64,000 nucleotides of DNA from Chamaesiphon sp. GTDB lineage: Bacteria; Cyanobacteriota; Cyanobacteriia; Cyanobacteriales; Chamaesiphonaceae. The stretch is from NCBI GenBank assembly GCA_965246715.1, contig CBDFFH010000036.1, positions 64,001 through 128,000 on the forward strand, given 5' to 3'. Numbering within the stretch: the first letter of the stretch is position 1; the number at the start of each line of letters is the position of its first letter. Both the position numbers and the translations under genes were made by a program. The notes beneath the pieces were generated by a model that was not told the origin of the DNA, searched no databases, and worked only from the letters and a program-made list of their open reading frames with translations. This document shows positions 1 through 13,216 of the stretch, piece after piece.

Positions 1-243
1 ATTCAAACTAGCTAGAGGTCTAAGATCGACAATCTGATTGTCTTGAAGGCTGAGTTGAGCTAAATTATTTAAACCAGCTAGCGGTCTGAGATTGACGATC
101 TGATTACCATTTAGAGCGAGTTCTGTTAAGTTATTCAAACTAGTTAGCGGTTTGATGTCAACAATCTGATTGGTACTAATATTGAGTTCGGTTAAATTAT
201 TCAAACTAGCTAGAGGTCTGAGATTGACGATCTGATTACCATA
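1..243 (-). pseudogene. Internalin-like leucine-rich-repeat coding fragment, runs off the window edge
   Basis: Minus strand reads YGNQIVNLRPLASLNNLTELNISTNQIVDIKPLTSLNNLTEL (22-aa LRRs). An in-frame TAA lies just upstream and no start is visible. Confidence 0.7.
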
Positions 244-372
244 TTAAATTTACACCAAATCCACCATCATTGCCACATTTAAATCCATTAGCAACAGAAG
301 AAGCGAATCAATAAAACGATCGCACCCAGTGAGAAAATTTCTACTATTTTCTTGTTATGGCTAAATTATATT

Positions 373-1143
373 TTAATCTTCCATCAAGTTACTAATATCA
401 ATGCAAATTTCTGATTTGACTGGGCAGTCTTTTATAGAGCTATAATCAATGTACAAGTTAGTTAATTTGTTCAAAGTAGCTAGGGGTTTGAGATTGTTAA
501 CTTGATTATAAGCAAGATTGAGTATGGTTAAATTATTCAACTTAGCTAGTGGTTTAATGTCTGTAATTCTATTGAAGCTAAGGTTAATAAAAAATAATTT
601 ATGCAAATTAGTTAGAGTGCTGATATCGGCGATCTGATTGTAGGAAAAGTTGAGTGCAGTTAAATTATTTAACTTAGTTATAGGACTGATATCGGCGATC
701 TGATTGGAGGAAAGGTTGAGTGCAGTTAAATTACTCAACTTAGCTAGCGGTCTAATGTCACTGATTTTATTTTGATAAATATAGAGCCGAGTTAAGTTAT
801 TCAAACTTGCTAGTGGTCTAAGATCGCTAACTTGATTACGACTAAGTTCGAGTTGAGTTAAGTTATTCAAATTTGCCAGCGGTCTAATGTCACTGATTTT
901 GCTACGATTGAGATTGAGAATAGTCAAATTGTTGAGAAAACGATCGGCTTGTTGACAGTCTTTAGTACCCGATCTCTCCAACATTACATCAATTGTATGC
1001 TTGGTATTGTCAGGAAGATCGTTTTTCTGCTGACACCATTGGGCGAAAGTTTTAGTTAATGGCTGCTGTGCAGAAGCTATACTCACAGATGTCATCTGTG
1101 ACATTACAACTGAAATTAGGAGAAGTGTAAAAACTCTCATCAT
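373..1143 (-). CDS. Secreted internalin-like leucine-rich repeat protein
   Basis: Signal-peptide-like N-terminus, Cys cap (WCQQK...DCQQA), about 8 x 22-aa LRRs (LxxLxLxxNxIxDIxPL). Confidence 0.9.
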   Translation of the reverse strand: MMRVFTLLLISVVMSQMTSVSIASAQQPLTKTFAQWCQQKNDLPDNTKHTIDVMLERSGTKDCQQADRFLNNLTILNLNRSKISDIRPLANLNNLTQLELSRNQVSDLRPLASLNNLTRLYIYQNKISDIRPLAKLSNLTALNLSSNQIADISPITKLNNLTALNFSYNQIADISTLTNLHKLFFINLSFNRITDIKPLAKLNNLTILNLAYNQVNNLKPLATLNKLTNLYIDYSSIKDCPVKSEICIDISNLMED

Positions 1144-3391
1144 GTTTTAATTTAACTCCCTCAGATCGATCGAGTGTAACAACTATTTCTTTAGAAAATA
1201 AACTGACGAAGCTCCACAATCTAGGTGCTACCAAATCCGCCATCATCAACAAAAGGAGGAGCGACCGTTGCATCGATCGTACCATTTCCATTACCTAGAT
1301 AAGGAGTGAAAAGATTGTCAGATTCATTGACAGTCACAAGATCGACTCTACCATCGCGGTTCCAGTCGATGAGTTGTAATTTTCGGATGCTCCCTTGCGT
1401 ATAGTAGTTAACACTGGGGGCAAAATTCCGGCTTTTCTGGTTGTTAAGCACCGAGAAAGTATTAGTTTAACCATTTGCTGTGGCTAAATCTAAATAGCCA
1501 TCATTGTTAAGATCGCCAACGACTAGATCTGTAGTGGCATAATTAGTCGTGTAGTCAGTTCTGCTGCTGAATGTCCCATTATTACTGCCATACCACAGGG
1601 AAACACCCGTCGCATAACCACCCCCGAAAACATTACTCACAGCAGCAATATCCGTAAATCCATCTCGATCGAAGTCAGCAATGACAACTTTACTGGGAGA
1701 GTTACCAGTTATCAAACTAGTACCAGAAGTAAAGGTATTATTACCTTGATTCAGCCAGATTTTCAGACTAGAGTTGCTGTTAGCAACGATTAAATCTAAT
1801 TTGCCATCGTTATTAACGTCACCAACCGTCAAACTCTCAATCGGAGTACTAGTATCGAAGGTGGACTGGAAAGTAAAGCCAGTATTGCTACCAGATAACA
1901 AACTAATTTGACTGCTACCTTTGCGATAGGCAACTAGATCGGTATAGGTATCGCTGTTGAAATCGCCAAGCTTAAAAGCATTGGGTTCGAGATTGGGAAT
2001 GGTAATTTTTGTTGGGGTGTTAGCAAAAGTCCCATCACCATTACCGAGGGAAATACCGATCGAATCATTGCTACCATAACCTACACCTGATAAGACAAGA
2101 ATTGCATCTAGTTTACCATCTTTATTGATGTCTGCGAGTGCGGCAGAATTGACTGATACACCGTTTAAGGAGTTTTGTTGCCCGACGATTGCACCGTATG
2201 GATTGGTGGTTAATGTAGTTATTCCAGTTCCAGCAGTGTTATTAACTAGTAAGTCGATATAAGAATCATTATTGAGATCTCCGCTGGCTAGAGTTGTTAA
2301 ATTTCCCGCAGTTAATGGGTATAAACCTGTTGCGGTAAGATCGAGCGTTTCGATCCCAGTTCCCAACGGAATACCGGACGCATTACGAACGCGGGTTCGA
2401 TCTATTTGTAATTGATATTGCCCGATCCCAGCAAGACTCGATCGAATATCGATCGTATTAGAGTTAGCGATATTACTAATATTCTCGATTGGAATGAGGC
2501 GATCGTCGGTGGTATTAAATACGCGATCTATTCCTGCTTCGATGAGGCGAATCGCGCGACCATCGCTATTATCCAAGGTTACGGATTTATCAAAGATCAG
2601 GCTAAGATCGCGCAGTTGAGAAATGCTACTGCCGCTGGGCGTTGCTCCAATAATTTGCGGTGGGATGGCATCGGCGGCAACAATGTTAAGTTTGAGCTTG
2701 CTAGTAGTACTATTGCCACCCATATCCGTAGCAATTGCTTCGAGTTGCAAACTGTCGATCCCGCTACTGAGGGGCGGAACATCGATATAGAATGAAAATG
2801 GTGCAGAACCGTCAGGTGTCAAGCTTTGCCCGTTGACATTCAAGCGGACGTTACGAACTTGGACATCATCAACAGCACGTATTTCCACCCGCATTCTTCG
2901 ACTTTCGGCAATGTTATTATTAACAGCTCCCTGCGGCAGAATCGATAGAGTTGGTGCAACATTAGCAGTATCTGGTTCGAGATAGTTGAAGATACTCAAC
3001 CCGCCATTGCCATCGGCAATTAGTGCCAAGCCATCTTGAATCCAGAGATCCGACACGGTGCCAGGAGTATCGAATTCACCGATAAAGGCAAAATTACCAT
3101 TACTGTTGTTATGCAGATCCAGTTTTAAGTCATCAATAGTGGTGAGGGCTTTACCAGCAACTAAAACGTTGCCAGAACCAGTATCGACGATCGCTCCCTT
3201 ACCAAAAAGATTGACGTTATTGTTTGTCGGTAATACTCCGATGCTTCGTGGATTACTGAGATCGAGCGTAATAAAGCTCTCCCTGCCAGGAATAAAACCA
3301 TCCGTGGTGATGTAGGCGCGATCGTTTCCGACAGAAACTGCCGCTCCTGAGAGATTTACTTGCGATTGCAACGGTGGCGATATGAAATTTG

Positions 3392-3524
3392 GGCGTTGCT
3401 GAATTAATGTATGAAACGCACAAACAATTTTTGTAGGGGTAATGCCTCGTGCTTACCCCGCATCGATTCAGGGTACTCACAAGGGGCACCCCTACAAAAA
3501 ATCATACCCATATTCAGCAATGCC
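3392..3524. mobile_element. 133-bp MITE with IS1-like ends and an internal GTAG-REP pair (copy 1)
   Basis: IR GGCGTTGCTGAAT/ATTCAGCAATGCC; 8-bp TSD GAAATTTG; near-identical to 35083-35215. Confidence 0.95.
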
Positions 3525-6500
3525 GAAATTTGTTTTGATGTCGTAGGCGGCAAAACTGCCACTAGTAAGGATATAGAGAGTGTCTCCACGCCCGATGACC
3601 TGTCTGATTGAACTACCAGCATTGAATCGAGCGATGAGTCGCTCGCCTTTGAGATCGACGATCGCCACTTGCCCATTACTGAGTCCGACATAGGCAGTGC
3701 GATCGACAATATCGATGCTAGTGCCGATGCCACCTAAATCCAGACTGGCTTTGAGAACGGGACGATCGCGATGGGTGACATTGACGATCGCCAGTTTGCC
3801 ATTGTTAGTTACGATCGCACTCAATTCAGTATTAGCATCGATCGAGCTATTAGCTAGGGCAATCGCCTCGCCGCCTAGAATACTAGATGGGATACTACTG
3901 ACAATCGTGGGCTGTTTGAGACGGGTAAAATCGACGATTTGAAAGCCACCAGCTCCCGCCGCTAGATAGGCAGTATCTTCTTTGGCGACGACATCCCGAA
4001 CGTAGCCGCCATTGAGTGGTGCGATACTACTGACGATCCCAAATGGTAGGGCATTCTTGCCAAGTACTTCGATCCCTTGTTGAAGTGCAGTGAAGTCGTC
4101 GATGCCGTCGCGGTTGGTATCGGGGCGATTGGGGTTGCTGCCGACAGTGAGTTCGATATCATCTGGTAGTCCGTCATAGTCGCGATCGGCTGCCGTACTC
4201 GCAGCAAATACAGCACTGCCAGAGAGGTTGATATTACGACCAGATTGAGGGGTAAGTCCGCTGGATGTACCGATTAAGCCAGTGACGGGATCGAAGGCAC
4301 TGAATCGATAGAATTGTTCTGGGGGTAGAAAGAGTTGGAAGTTTCCTCGGTTATCGCTCTTAGTACGCAGGACGGGAGAATTCTTCAAGTCGGGAGTTTC
4401 AACGGCAATATAGTCTTGTCCCCATTCTGGATAAATGGTAGAGGCTACACCAGTACCGACTACGCCGATCCGAATCTTACTAGCTTTGGGATCGTTGGTG
4501 GTCACTTCGATCGCTCCACGAATCAAACCGAGTCGGTTGGCAGCAAATTTAACAGCGGGAATCTCGAAGCTGTCACCAAGAGCGATCCGAATGGGGTTGG
4601 TGTTTAGATCTTGAGGAATACCAGTCAGGCTGAAGACATCACCGCCATCGATGACGCGAATATTGGTAATTTCTAAGGGATTGGTGAGAGTGCCGATAAC
4701 TTTGCTGACACTCTTGGTACTATTGCTCAAAACGCCGCCGAGATTATTGTTATCTAGTTGGAATTCTGCTGCTGGATTGAGAGATATTCCTTCACCGTTG
4801 AGATCGATAGTCAGGGTAGCATTTTGGGCTGCGTTGCTTTTGATAGTGAGTCGATCGCTGCCAGTACCGATTGCCGTCGGATCGAAAACAATTTGGATTT
4901 GGGTGCTTTCTCCACCAACTAGAGAGGTGGGAATGTTGGCGCGATCGAGGAGGCTAAAGCCGCTATTGCCATCAGCTAGATTGATGGAGGTTAGGTTTAG
5001 GGAGCCGCGACCAGCGTTAGAGATTGATATGGTCTTAATTTCACGCAAGCCTCCACTGCCATCAGCAGCGATCGGCTCGAAATCTAGGCGATTGCCATTA
5101 ATAATAAACTTGGTATCGAGATCTCTAAGAATAATATTAGGGATGGTTAAGGAAATTAAGTCTTGCTGTATAGGAATACCACTGAAAGCATGGTTGAAAT
5201 TTTGACGAAAAATATTCAATCCTGCCGTAATTGGTAGATCGCCATTTTTTTGTATTCCCATTGCTGCGGCTAATAACTCCTGATGAGATACATCAAATTT
5301 CAAATAGGGATCGTCTACTAGATCGGTACCTCTCATGATGTCATCGGGCGGAGTGTTCACAGCATTTCCGGCTGAATCATAGATATACGAATCACGCAAT
5401 CCAAATGTGTGACCAATTTCATGGCTGACTGTATTTGCAACAACTTCAGCAAATTTTGCATTAGAATTCCAACCTGTACGAATACCAACTGCCACCTCTA
5501 CGGAGCCAACAACCTTCTGATTGATCGCTTCACCCAATACAATTTGCTTAGCAGATTGACTGATGAGCACATTTGTTGGTAGTAAAGCTTGCAATGTAGT
5601 CTTATCCAAATCCCCTACAGTACGACCCGGTATGTCACCCAGGCTTACTGTACTGAAAATATCGTGCCAATTCACAGTGACATCCCCACCAACAGGGACA
5701 AATTTATATGCTGGCACAAGGCTGAATGATGACTCATTAATTGGTTTAAAATCAGCAGCCACGGCTGCTGATAAGTCATCGGCCTCCTGCTGTAGTTTCA
5801 TATCTAATTCAATGGTCGTGCCATTTCCACCAGGTAAAAACTTAGCAAATTGACTGGCAAATTTTGATGAAACCTGGGTGCTTTGATTACTACTAGTAGT
5901 TGATGGATATAGAAAATAGACACCACCGATTGATATTATTGATTGCAGAACTCTACGTAATTCTGCCTTATAGCCATTAAAATCATCAAGATTGAGATTG
6001 ATAGTTGTCGGCGCGGTAGCAGTAGCTTTAGCTATTAATTGTCCGACATTAATAGTGTCATCAGCTTGGATAGTAATCGTATCGGTTTTACTGTCAGCAG
6101 AAATTGGATCGAATACCCATTGAGTGCTACCGACCCCTGGGGATAATAGGGGATAAAGAAACTCATTACTAGTACCCGTGAAGTTAGTTTTCATATCGAA
6201 TCCTTGCCAGACATCGATATATTTGGTGCGTTTAAATCCACCCACACCATCAACAATAGTTCTGGCAAATATAGCAGTGTTACCAGTTTTACTAAGTGCA
6301 GCTTGTGCATCTAAAGCGTCTACCCAGCGATATAAATAGTATTTTTTGACTGTTGTTGTTTGCGAACCATCAGCTTCAACTTCAGTGTTAGTAATTTCGA
6401 TTTTAGAGCCATAAAGTTTATCCCGATCTAGGTTTTGAACTCCCCCAAACATGTCTTGATATTTTTTAGATTTTAGCTTAAAAGTTGCAGATAATGTAGA

Positions 6501-8629
6501 ACCTTGTTGAAGGGTAATTTCTTGATGAGTTAGCGAATTATCTACAGTTCCCGTTGATTCCATAAAATTGCCCAATGGACCATCGATATCGATCGTTATT
6601 ATTCGTTTTGGTGCATTGCTTTGTGATGGTGCAGATCCTTTGGGTGCTGGTGATGTTGGCGTACTTCCGAGTGGTGCAGCCCAACTGCCTAGATTGATTT
6701 CAGCACCTTCAGTCGTAACTAGAGGTAAGGCTTCGGTAGGGAGAGTTGTTACGTTGCTGGTACCATTTAAAGTCAATGCCAATGGTGGTGGCGAGCCGTA
6801 GCCACAACCGCCTGGAGGGGTAACACCGTGCCAACCAGGACGGGTAATGCCACTACCTGGATCGCTAGTGACGTAAAGACCATCGGCAGAAACTGTAGCG
6901 GTACCGTCGATGACAAGTTTGCCCGTCGTATGGTCGAAACTGAGGATATTTAATTGCGTTCCTGGCGGTGCGTCAAATACGTTAGGGATGGTAATCTTGG
7001 CTGGAGTAGCAAAATTGGCAACCCCATTAGCTTGAATGGTGATATCGAAGGTGTGTTGCAAGACCCCAGGCGGTAACATATCCCGCACCAAGTCGGGGGG
7101 GACTGTAGCTACTCCCACTCGAACGTTATTCACTGGCAAGCCATTTTCACCGATCGCGCTGCCGCCGTCAACTTCCAATCGCAAATACTGTCGCTGTTCG
7201 GGAGTAAGTTCGGGAGTGCCAGCCGCAGTAGCATTAACGATCGTCGTACCAGTTGACGAGACATCAGCAAAAATATCCCGCGCCAGACGCGGCAGATAGA
7301 TTTCTGGCATATTTGTCATGGCATAATTGGTAACACCTGGTTCGACGCTGACATCTAAGACCATTTCGGGAAAGTATAATGTCGGCGAGATGCCAGTAGC
7401 AGTGCGTCCGTCAACCGCTAATTTCACATCCCCAATCGGTGCGGATTCAAAGGTAAACCGCCCGTTAGCATCGGTATACACGGGCGAGTCTTCCATCCCC
7501 AAGATCGTTACTTTCACTCCCGCCAACGGATTCTTGTACACATCATCGTCGGTGTGTAATTGCCCATCAGCACCTGGTAGTCGATCGTCGAGGGTATTGG
7601 CTTGTCGATCGGCACCAGGCGACGATGCCAGTCAAGCGAGTCCCTGGTACTGGAGTAAGACTGACGGTATCGAAGCTAAAGGTAGTTTTGCCCCCAGGAG
7701 TGCCATCGACATCGGCATCGAGGAGACTGCTACCATTGGCGGCACGAATGAGATTGCCATCAACGGTCACTTGAATGCGCGAACTGGAGGGTAAGGGATT
7801 TTGGAAATACAACCACGCCCATTTACCATCGGTACTCGGCACGATCCGCGCAGCGAGTTTTGCACCATCGAACGTAGCATAGAGGCTGTCAGCAGTTAAA
7901 GTACTAGCATCGACGCTGTGGCTGAAGAATATTTGTGGGCGGAAGGTACTACCGACATCTAATGCGCCGTTAGCTGGATTGTAACCAGCGAGTTGGAAGG
8001 GCAAAGCGGGATCGGTATTGACTCGATAGGTTTGAGTCGTGACATTTCCCGCAGTGTCGCGTCCGGTGACAGTGAGGGTATGTGCGCCAGCGGTGAGGTC
8101 TTCAATCGGGAGACGACGATCGATCTGCGTAAATTCTCGTTCCAACGGAATAGTTTCGATCGCGCCATTATCGATCTGGTAAGACAGAGATGCCATATCG
8201 CTGCTGGTGCCATCGAGCGTCCCACTTAAAGCACTGCCAACGATGAGATTAGCACCATCGGCGAGATTACTCAGATTGAGAATGGGCGCAGTGCGATCGA
8301 GGGTAAAGCTGAGGCTACCAGTTTGTAAGATATTTTTGTTACTATCGACAATTTGCAGATTGAAGGTGTACCGTCCGTCGTCTAAGCTACCGCCATTAAC
8401 CGCACTCAACCGAGCGGTATCGAGTAATAATTTTCCGTCATTACTCACATCGGCAGTCAGATCGGCATAGGCGAGGAAGTTATCGACAAAACCACCTAAA
8501 ACTTGGAAGCTATTGGCAGGCAAACTAGTGAGACTAACTGCGATTGCGGGGATACTGGTAATCCGATCGCGCGTATCGCCAGTATCATTAGCTAGAGCTA
8601 GAGAAATTCGCGCCGATTGAGGAGATTTA

Positions 8630-9800
8630 CGGAAGTTATTTGCTAATACGTAATTAGCAATGTTATCACCGAGTTTCAATCCTTCTTTTCCGGCAGTTTT
8701 GAAGTGAATCCCGCCATAAATACGGCTATCGCTAGCTTCTCCAGCCGCTGCTTGGAAACTATTGAAGTGACGGGTTATACCAGTTAGAACGGGGTTAACG
8801 GTACTGGCATTGAATTGATAGCTACTACCGAAAGCATCGGTTAAAATTGTCGCCGCCGCCCCACTAAAAGTACTGTGCCCGGATACATATTCGGGAAATA
8901 GCGGCGTAGGAATTAGCGGCTGCCAAGTAGTATCGGCAAGCGTATTTGGATTGTTATCGGTATTGGCTTGTTGAATGGCGGTTACTGGTCGCCAAAATTC
9001 GTAGGTATATTTGGAATCCCAAGCAGCAATTCCGGCATCGGCCAAGCTAACATTTAATGCAGCAAATAACCGTGCATTTTCGATGAGAGTATTACCCTCG
9101 CTCAACGCCGCTTCTTCGGCAATTTGGTTCCAATGTCCGCTCGGAGTATAAGTACCCAATCCATCCGCCCAAAATCGAGCGATTTGAGTTTGCTCGGCAG
9201 TTCGAGTCGTGCTATCAATTTTTCCTAATGCTTTGACCTGATTAAAGTCATTCGTGTAGGTTTCACTCGTTAAATCTGGTGGTGCTACCGGACGAAACTG
9301 ACTGCCAGTATCAAGGGCGAAAGGTGCCACTTCTCCCCATTCGGGCAATACCGCCAACCCACCAGCAGCGGTAGGTTGCCATTTACCAGCAGTAGGATCG
9401 GCAATATATTCATCTTCGATCGTTTCGGCTCCATCATTGCGTCGCCACGTTAACATTGCATCGGCAACTTCTCGTCCCAGTCGCACTCCATCTAGTTCCC
9501 CTGGAGTATCGGGGATGTTGGCTAAATCGACATTATAGGCGGCATCAAAGGTAGCCCGTTGTTGGGGATAAAGTTCGCTAAGGATGCGGTGAGCGGCAGC
9601 AGCAACAGCAGCTTCGGCACTAGTGCCGCTGGATGCGTTTAGATCGACACGATAGGCATTGTAGGTGTGAGTGACAGCGTTAACGGCATCGAAGATGGCA
9701 GCGTGTAACATCGCCAGCCGACGTGCGGCAGCAGGTGGTGGGGTGCGATCGGCGGTAATCGCCGCCAGCAGAATTTTATTCCATTTCAAAACGAGATCGG
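8630..9800 (-). other. Vanadium-dependent haloperoxidase / PAP2-superfamily domain inside the giant gene
   Basis: Motifs KYTYEFWRP (Kx6RP), PEYVSGHS and SRIYGGIHF (Rx5H); N-terminal WN...AARRLAMLHAAIFDAVN helix. Confidence 0.85.
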
Positions 9801-10171
9801 GATTGCTAGCAATTCGTTCGATATTAATGGCTTGACTGGTACTTTTATTACCAGCTAAATCTGAGGTGGAAATAGCAAAGTTATTGTTACCAACAGTCAA
9901 TCCTACAGCATCGAAATAGAAGTTACCGCTGCGATCGACTGTCGTGTTGGTGTTGCCATTATTCAGGGTGACGATCGAGTCTACTTCTGCCTGACCTGTG
10001 AGGTCGATCTTACCGCTGCTCAGCGAACTCACAGTATTTTTGAAGTTAGGAGTAGTTGGTGCGGTAGTATCGAGGGTAAATGCGAGGGTAGTCGTGGGGG
10101 TGATATTGCCAAATTCATCTTTAGCACTCAAACTCAGGGTATAGTTCCCATCGCTCAAGCTCCGTTTGGCG

Positions 10172-10195
10172 TTGGCGAAGCCTGTCCCCTGGACA
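10172..10195 (-). repeat. 24-nt double-hairpin insert in a CGATCG site (in frame, +8 aa)
   Basis: CGAT-TGTCC AGG GGACA GGC TTC GCC AA-CG. Confidence 0.8.
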
Positions 10196-11705
10196 ATCGT
10201 TGCTAATTGCGCTCTAGAGAGGGTAAAACTACCATCGGCAGCTAATTGGGGTCGGATATCGGTATAGTTAGCCCCATCGAAACTAGCTCTAAATTCGATA
10301 ATATTGCTCGCATCCGTTACTTTGCCCAATATCGTTGGATCGTTAGTCAGCAGATCGCTATTACTCGTCCCCGTATCACTAGCTAATTTCAGTTCGACTA
10401 GAGGTGCGTCTTTATCTAAAGCGACGTTAACATTATAAGTTTTAGTTAAAACATTCCCCGCCACATCGCTAGCGGTAATCGTTAACGTATGCGCTCCATT
10501 AGTAATCCCTGTAAAGTCGATCGACCGATTAAAATTACCGCTAGCATCAGGGGAGATTTGGAGTAAATTACTGCTGTTATCCCAGTTGTAAACGATCCCG
10601 ACTAAACCGCTGCCTGTCGGATCGATCTTGCCGATTAATTTAGTATCATTCTTTAAGGGAGTGGTATCGATCGCATTCGTCAGCGTTAACAGTGGGACGA
10701 GAGTATCGACGACCAAACTTAGCGGTGCCGCAGTGCCGATATTTCCCGCCAGATCCGTTGCCGTGGCAATTAAACTATGGGCACCATTCGTCAGCGTGCT
10801 AGTAACGAGCTGCCAATTACCATCGCTACCGACGGTAGTTTGTCCGACTATTACCGTCCCTTCAGTTACTTTAATTTTCGCTCCAATCTCTCCCGTACCG
10901 CTAATCGTTGGCGTATTAATGTTAATAATCTTGTCGCTATTACTCACCCCCGTATCGCTATTCAACCGGACGGTAATCGCTGGTGGAGTAGTATCGGTCA
11001 GATCGAGGACATTGGCATAAGTAAAGGTCGAGTTACCATTAAAGGTGATATCCTTTAGACTCGTCACGGTCCCATAGATATCGCTATTACCATTGGTGCT
11101 AAAACTCCCACCACTATAGAAATTACCCCGTACCGTACCTTTGGTATTGAAGACTAAATTACGGGCACTAACAATCGCTAAATTATCCGCACTCGTCTGT
11201 CCGGTGGCACTATTAAAGACGATATCGCCGCTACCATTGGCAATGATATTATTGCCGCTAAAGTAGGAATTAGCATCTTGAGAGATATTACCAAAGGCGA
11301 TCGCACCGATACTATTAGCACGAACTCTAGCCAGGGTAATATTGCCATTATTTGCAATCAGATTGACATTAGTAAGGTCGTTATTCCCCGCAACGTTAAT
11401 ATTGCCATTCTCGACAATGATGATGTAATTGCTGAGGTTAATCCCTGAAGGGGTGACAAGCACCCCTTAACTTCTTGCTATATATCGATTTTGGAAATCT
11501 AGACCACGAACATAACAGTCAATTTTATGGCGATCGATCATGACATATTGAGAAACTAATGTAGTGAGAAAGCCCCAATCAAATTTATAAAAGAGCAAGA
11601 CTTTAGAAACAGTGATAATTGAATGTCTAGCAGCGGGACGTTTGATATTATCAATTCTGACTAAATACTTTCGGTCTGTTTCAGTAGTGCAAATGCCATC
11701 AAATG

Positions 11706-13216
11706 CAGGTTAAACGCACTTAAATTTGTTATTACTAAAAACTTTGACGATCGAATGAATAAATAGCATCTAGAAATCTTGTAATTACTGCTAGGTAATA
11801 GTTAGAGCTAATTAACTATGTTAGAATTTAACAAATTTAATTTAACTAAAATGAAGCTGAAGCCAAAATATAGTATTATAGAACACTTCGAGAGTGTAGA
11901 AGACTACAGGACAGAGCGCGGGAAAAAGCATAAATTAATTGATATCATCACCATTACCATTTGTGCTGTAGTATCTGGAGCTGATACATGGATAGATATA
12001 GAAATTTATGGTTTGGCGAAGAAGGAATGGCTAGGTAAATTTTTAGAGTTGCCGCATGGTATTCCATCACATGATACATTTGGAAGGGTATTTTCACGAA
12101 TTAATCCTGAAGAATTTCAAAAAAGTTTCCTGAGTTGGGTTAAAGGAATATCTAAAATAACAGCAGGAGAAATAATTGCACTTGACGGCAAACAATCTCG
12201 AAATTCAGGAGATAATACTAATGGACAAGGTGTACTAAATACTGTTAGTGCATGGGCTGTAACTAATAGATTAGTATTAGGACAGAAAATGGTTGAGGGC
12301 AAATCTAATGAAATCACAGCACTTCCTGAATTAATTAAAGTTCTAGATTTAGCCGGATGTATAGTTACCATTGATGCAATGGGATGTCAAAGAGAAATAG
12401 TAAAAAAAATTGTTGAAAAAGATGCAGATTATGTAATTGCTGTGAAAAAGAATCAACCAAGTTTATACGACCAAGTAGAAAGGCTATTTAAACAGGCTAT
12501 TGCAACTGGTGGCGCAGGTTTCAATCTGAGTGATTTCAGGACTAAGGAGATTAATGGGGGTAGGGAAGAAATCCGTAATTATTTAATGATATCAGATGTT
12601 GCCGATCGAATAGATTCATCCCATAACTGGATGAAATTGACTAGTATTGCGATGGTTGAATCAGTAAGAACTATTGGGGATAAAACCACCGTAGAGACTC
12701 GTTATTTTATTAGTAGTTTAGCTAATAATGCCAAGAGAGTCGCCGGAGCAATTAGAGGTCATTGGGGGATAGAAAATTCACTTCATTGGGTACTTGATGT
12801 TTCTTTAAGAGAAGATTATAGTCGAATTAGGAAAGATAATGCGCCAGCTAATTTTGCAGTATTACGGCACATAGCTATTAACTTAATTAGTCAAAATAAA
12901 AGTCGGAAATTAAGTGTGAAAAGCAAGAGATTTCTAGCAGGTATAGATGACAAATACTTGGCTGAAATTTTAGAAGGTATTTTATAATTTACGAACTATT
13001 GGTTGAAATCAAATTACTTCTATAATATATCGACGATTTAAGTTATTCCTTCGATCGACTACTTTATATTGCATTAAATTAAATAAATATTGCCTTATAC
13101 TATACATCAGTTCTAATTGAATTCGTCGTAAATGTATTTAGTTCATAAATACTGCTTAAGTTGTATGTATTATTGAATTCGATCGCCTCATATCAAGTTT
13201 TGATGCGTTTAACCTG
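11706..13216 (+). mobile_element. ISAs1-family element (1511 bp), copy 1
   Basis: IRs CAGGTTAAACGCA/TGCGTTTAACCTG; TSD CATCAAATG; same element as 61683-63193. Confidence 0.95.
11818..12987 (+). CDS. ISAs1-family transposase
   Basis: PSHDTF, KSNEITA, IDAMGCQ and HWGIENSLHWVLD motifs. Confidence 0.95.
   Translation: MLEFNKFNLTKMKLKPKYSIIEHFESVEDYRTERGKKHKLIDIITITICAVVSGADTWIDIEIYGLAKKEWLGKFLELPHGIPSHDTFGRVFSRINPEEFQKSFLSWVKGISKITAGEIIALDGKQSRNSGDNTNGQGVLNTVSAWAVTNRLVLGQKMVEGKSNEITALPELIKVLDLAGCIVTIDAMGCQREIVKKIVEKDADYVIAVKKNQPSLYDQVERLFKQAIATGGAGFNLSDFRTKEINGGREEIRNYLMISDVADRIDSSHNWMKLTSIAMVESVRTIGDKTTVETRYFISSLANNAKRVAGAIRGHWGIENSLHWVLDVSLREDYSRIRKDNAPANFAVLRHIAINLISQNKSRKLSVKSKRFLAGIDDKYLAEILEGIL

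Larger units (their letters stand above)
1221..11443 (-). pseudogene. Giant secreted multidomain protein (Ig-like/Big, vanadium haloperoxidase/PAP2, HEXXH peptidase, LVIVD, FG-GAP), split into ORFs 7567-11463, 3492-7541, 1467-3371 and 1221-1451
   Basis: 5' end cut by an IS4 IR at 11444; frameshift near 7620 (GIV|PGADR); removing MITE 3392-3524 plus one TSD restores IKTNFISPPLQSQVNL; in-frame TAA at 1467-1469 (ANG*TNTFSVLNNQK). Confidence 0.85.

Noticed and set aside
3411..3611. ORFs starting MKRTNNFCRGN (also at 35102)
   Set aside because: The starts are MITE-derived; not independent genes
4335..11058. Numerous plus-strand ORFs opposite the giant gene (likewise opposite hsdR, proS and Rhs)
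   Set aside because: Antisense shadows with no recognisable motifs
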